Positions 59,100 through 64,000 of a stretch of 64,000 nt of DNA are shown here, one piece after another. The DNA is from Eledone cirrhosa (Eukaryota). Position numbers and translations under genes: made by a program. Location: NCBI GenBank assembly GCA_964016885.1, contig OZ024740.1, positions 91,512,001 to 91,576,000 of the forward strand, read 5' to 3'. The first letter of the stretch is position 1; every line of letters starts with the position of its first letter. The notes below the pieces were generated by a model. It searched no databases and was not told the DNA's origin. It saw only the letters and a list, made by a program, of their open reading frames with translations.

Positions 59100-59432
59100 T
59101 AAGAGTATAATATCAAAAATATTAATAAATAGAAACTATCTTTATAAAACCATATATATTTTATTATATATATTTTAAGGGTACCAACATTTTGGTACGC
59201 CCTCATCAGATAAAATACAAAAGTTGTTTTACAGATAGTGACATATTAAAAACTAGAACTTAACGTTTTCAATTCTACCTCAAACGTTAAGTTCTAGTTT
59301 TGGATGTGTCACTATCTGTAAAACAACTTTTGTATTTTATCTGATGAGTGCGTACCAAAATGTTGATTCCTTTCAATATATATACTAAATAAATATGGTT
59401 TTATAAAGATAGTTTCCATTTATTAATATTAT
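59100..59432. mobile_element. family-1-related hammerhead fold-back, decayed
   Basis: Arms 59118-59269 and 59282-59431. CTGATGA at 59209-59203 (-) and 59341-59347 (+). GAAA box mutated in both arms. Confidence 0.75.
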
Positions 59433-59779
59433 AGTTATATATAAATTGTTATATGGAAAATGTGTGAAATCATTCGTACAGTTAGGTATATTTGATAAAA
59501 GAAAAATAATGACTTTACATGTTCTAAAGGATTTAATTTTATAATATAATTTTACATTTTTTTTTGTAGATCTAGTCGGTTTTTGTTACCTTCGGGAGGG
59601 AGATTTTTTAAAGATTCCTGGTTAACTCTCCTGGAGGAATTTCTCGTATTCGTCGGTGGTGATTATCAAACTGATATCAGGTTATGTTGTGATGTGTAAA
59701 TCTATATATATGAGATTCGGGTGTGTCTAGGATGAGGTTTGTTCATGAGTGTCTAACTTAATAGCAACCCTGGAGAAGT

Positions 59780-61175
59780 GCTTCGAATTAGGATTTGGAC
59801 ACCATGGCCCACTCAAGTAGAGAGTTAGTGTTTATGGAGACATATCAGTGTGTAGGAGGCTTATCCGGAATTTCTTGAAGGAATTTGTCCAAAGACCTCT
59901 TGTATTTTATGGGGTCTGTTTTCGTTTTAATGTGTTTTTGTGAAAGCGAGGTCAATTGAGGTGAAATAATTGTGCCGTATTGTTGTTATAAGATGCGAAT
60001 GTGAATTTTGTTGTGGACGGATAACACGGGGCCCAAGCTGTGGGTCTAACTTAAAGGTAATGCCAACATCATTTTGGCAATGCTGATGGAATATTTTCCA
60101 CATCATGCAGATAATGTAGCGCTTATGGCGACGTTGGACAGAATAAATGTTGAGCTTTTCTAGCCCACTCCAATTATCAGGGCATGTCATGCAATGTATC
60201 GTTTTTGTAATTTACCTTTGAGGTGCTTCAACTTTCATGATTCTTTGTTTCGTGTGAGGAGACCACAACGGACAAAAGTATTCGAGGTGCTGTCGGGCAA
60301 AGGTGGAGAAGAGAAGGATAACAATGTAGATATTTCTCGACTGGAAGATTCTCAGAAACCAGGAACATATTCTGCGGACCATCTCAAATTTGCGGTTTAT
60401 ATGAGTTGCCCAGCCTTTGTTGTTGTCCACAATTTCTCACAAGTCTCTGATGTTCTTCGATTCGAAGAGAGTTTCAGCAAAAGGAAGAGAGTATGGGAGT
60501 TTCAGGATATCATCATTACCAATGTGGATTACCTCGAATTTAGCATCATTCAGCAGGATATTGCTATTTTCAGCCCATCGGATAACAGCCAGTAGGTCTG
60601 ACTGAAGGCAATGCCGGGCACACATCTCATTGATGACCTTCTTTAGCTTGGAATGATCTGCAAAGATTCTTGTGTTGCTATGCTTGATGATGTCACTACG
60701 GTCATTAATGTAGATGATGAAAAGAAGTGTGCCAAAGAGAGGGCATTGCGGGACGCCACTGCTGACGTTGTCTGGGATTGATTTTACGGCTTCGAATACA
60801 TGTTGGGCTCTGTCCATCAAGGAACGCTTTATCCACTGTAGTGACATTCCACAGACACTGGTGTTGGATAGTTTTTCAATAGAATATTATCATCAACACT
60901 GTCAAAGGCCTTGCTAACATCAAGGTAGACAACATCAGTGCTGGAGCCATCTTACAAAGCTCTCAAAATAACATCAAAGTGATCCAGCATCTGCGTTAGA
61001 CAGTCAGTGCCATTACGTAAACGATATTCTTTAGAGTTCAGCATTCTATTGCTTTCGAGAAAGTCGGTTATTCCTCATCTCAGCACCTCTTAAATACTTT
61101 GATATCAGAGGTGAGTTAGATCGGACGGTAGATCAGTGCAATGTACTTGTTTCCCTTCTTGAAAACTGGGACAAC
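59780..61175 (-). mobile_element. decayed CR1/L2-group LINE RT fragment
   Basis: [42 protein letters not shown]; many stops and frameshifts; related to 14800-17115. Confidence 0.85.
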
Positions 61176-61181
61176 ATATAC

Positions 61182-61274
<93 letters not shown>

Positions 61275-61410
61275 GGAACAAGTAGGACCCCGACGGCTGA
61301 GCTCAAGCCGTCGGGGTACTACTCGTTCCTATTACCCACTCTACTACCCTAAGTATTGAGTACTTTGGTGCGTTATGGTCCACCTGGATCCTTACCACAT
61401 TTCCTTCCTT
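61275..61410. mobile_element. family-A micro fold-back centred on the GAGCTC palindrome
   Basis: GGAAC..CCCCGACGGCT-GAGCTCA-AGCCGTCGGGG..GTTCC followed by the full tail. Confidence 0.8.
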
Positions 61411-61480
61411 TTATATATATATATATATATAAAATAAAGTTAAATAAAAGTCAAATGATTAAAATTTAGCTTCGTTTATT

Positions 61481-61535
61481 ACTGCTATATATATTTCAGT
61501 GACAGCCATCTTTGGCTGTGACCTCTTCAGGCAGT
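61481..61535 (-). ncRNA. minimal type I hammerhead ribozyme (family F)
   Basis: Reverse complement of 61755-61809. Confidence 0.88.
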
Positions 61536-61754
61536 TTGAATTAGTATGGTATAAACAAGTACATATGTTGTTGAGGTGTACAATATTGTCTGTACACTGA
61601 TATGCCCAGTTCCTGGTTGGGTTGTTATTTCACTGTTATTTCACTCCAGTTCCTCAGTGAAATAACAACCCAACTAGGAACTGGGCATATCAGTATATAG
61701 ACAATATTGTACACCTCAACAACATATGTACTTGTCTATACCATACTAATTCAA

Positions 61755-61809
61755 ACTGCCTGAAGAGGTCACAGCCAAAGATGGCTGTCACTGAAATATA
61801 TATAGCAGT
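61755..61809 (+). ncRNA. minimal type I hammerhead ribozyme (family F)
   Basis: ACUGC-CUGAAGA-GGUCACAGCCA AAGA UGGCUGUCACU-GAAAU-AUAU-AUA-GCAGU. Confidence 0.88.
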
Positions 61810-61954
61810 AATAAACGAAGCTAAATTTTAATCATTTGACTTTTATTTAACTTTATTTTAAACTACCCCGAAGTAACCAAACCAACCTGCGCACTTTGTC
61901 GAGTGCTCCAGCCTGCATACTGAGGTGTTGGTATACGACCAACATAAACTCACA

Positions 61955-62367
<413 letters not shown>

Positions 62368-62371
62368 GGCG

Positions 62372-62545
62372 AGGCATTGCTATGAGGTCTGCTAGATTAT
62401 ATGTAGTAGAATAGGAGATTTTTACGTCTTATTTAGGATTTTCTGTAATTGTGGTTAGGCGGAAAGTTCTTCTCTAAGGCGTCGAATAAGATTCTGGGTA
62501 AAGTGGAGGCCACACTCCGAGAGTAGGGGGAATGGAACCATAGGA
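62372..62545 (-). mobile_element. PLE internal fragment
   Basis: Manual translation WFHSPYSRSVASTLPRILFDALEKNFPPNHNY/..VKISYSTTYNL matches the WYNAPF...LEKNFPPNHKY...KFSYSTTNN block of 36251-38389. Confidence 0.75.
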
Positions 62546-63640
62546 CATTTAGGACATTACGGTGGCGCTTACGGGTAGTTATGGGTTACTATGGGCGTTG
62601 TTGCCGAGGTGGGTGTTCCTATCATCGATATAGGTCTGCTGTATAATGCGTCCTTTGTTGGCATTATGTCTGAGTGCACAGACTGTCCTAGTGCGGCGGT
62701 TCCGAGTCACCCTATGCGTGTTAGCAGGTGTAGGTAATAAACCATTATCTTTATTAAGCCTGTAGGTAGGGAATAATTAAAGTAGGCTGTAGTTGCTACT
62801 ACTAGCCAGAATATGATGCAAGTTGGCTAAGAAAATGTCCTTAAACACATAGCTGTGAACATGTTATACCAAGTGAAATCCGTAACTAGGGCAAGAAGAA
62901 AAAACAACGCGTTTTGCTTTTCAAAACGTAGTAAATATGGCAAGGTAAGATATAGTTTTCTTGATGTATACATAGTTATATAAAGAAACAGGTGAGGGAA
63001 ATAAAATGCTCCGTGATATTATCTGATATCATCAGGATAGAAAGCCAGAAAACTAATTGTCGATAGCAAATTCCACACAGTTGCGAATATTTAATCTCAA
63101 ATAAAAATTCTTCCAAACAGCAAGCAGTGGAAATATGACTACAACGCTCTCATTAACTTGCGTCGTTGAAACTTGTGGTAAAACACAAAACCGATTTTAT
63201 TCCTATTTACTCTGGTAATGTTCTGTTTGAGACACTAAGCATTAGTGATGGTAGGGGAGAACCATAAGGGATTTAGTCGTTCATTTCAAACCATCTAAAC
63301 TATTATGCTTAAGATGATATATTTCACGAACTATTAAGATTCCAGTTCCTCGGAGGAATAACAGCACAACCAGGAGCTGGACATTTCAATGTCACACACA
63401 CACACACACACGCTCATGCATACGGACGTGCTCATGTGTAGCGCTTTTTACAAAACGCTTTTGTTTGCATTTCATGTAAACGCGCGCCATCATCCACTTT
63501 TCTAAAACAAAACAAATCGTACACAAAACGCCAGCAACAACAGTTTTGCTAGAGATGAATGGACATATTATTTTTATCTAAATACATTTTTTCCAATTCC
63601 ATTCCGCCCGCCTCCTTAATCTATATTATTTCTCATTCTT

Positions 63641-63677
63641 TCTTCTGATAAAGGACTAGCGTCCGAAACCTTAAGAC
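63641..63677 (+). ncRNA. degenerate minimal hammerhead-like motif
   Basis: UCUU-CUGAUAA-AGGAC UAGC GUCC-GAAAC-CUU-AAGA; G8 and stem III mutated. Confidence 0.35.
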
Positions 63678-63781
63678 CCTATGCCTGCTATATCAAGCGT
63701 TAAACTAATATATACCTTCCACATACTGTACCGATTGTCTTGTTATTTACATACATACATACATACATCCATCCATCCATC

Positions 63782-63841
<60 letters not shown>

Positions 63842-63878
63842 AATATATATATATATGTATGTATATATATATATATAT

Positions 63879-64000
<122 letters not shown>

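Larger units (their letters stand above)
61431..61955. mobile_element. family-F hammerhead fold-back (~205-bp arms, ~19-nt loop) with a right-side tail
   Basis: Arms 61431-61635 and 61655-61859 are nearly identical; two intact HHRs. Confidence 0.88.

Overview
AT-rich animal genomic DNA, probably a cephalopod (inferred from the SINE/LINE sequences and the extreme (TA)n load). No host gene can be supported; almost all short 'IYIY/YTHT' ORFs are microsatellite artefacts. The window is dominated by retroelements in or beside (TA)n tracts: five Penelope-like (PLE, Naiad-like) RT/GIY-YIG copies or fragments (one with an uninterrupted 712-aa ORF), two Tx1/L1-type LINEs, two CR1/L2-group LINEs, an RTE fragment, two tRNA-derived SINEs, a non-autonomous Helitron and two probable solo LTRs. 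The main hidden structure is about 24 hammerhead-ribozyme (HHR) motifs, folded by eye, from several sequence families. They lie at PLE 3' ends and are repeatedly deposited as asymmetric head-to-head fold-backs. One arm usually carries an extra ~70-100 nt tail with a covarying RCUC...GAGY stem shared across families. One family has a U3-A8 compensatory core (UUGAGAA) and another has a ~115-nt stem II.
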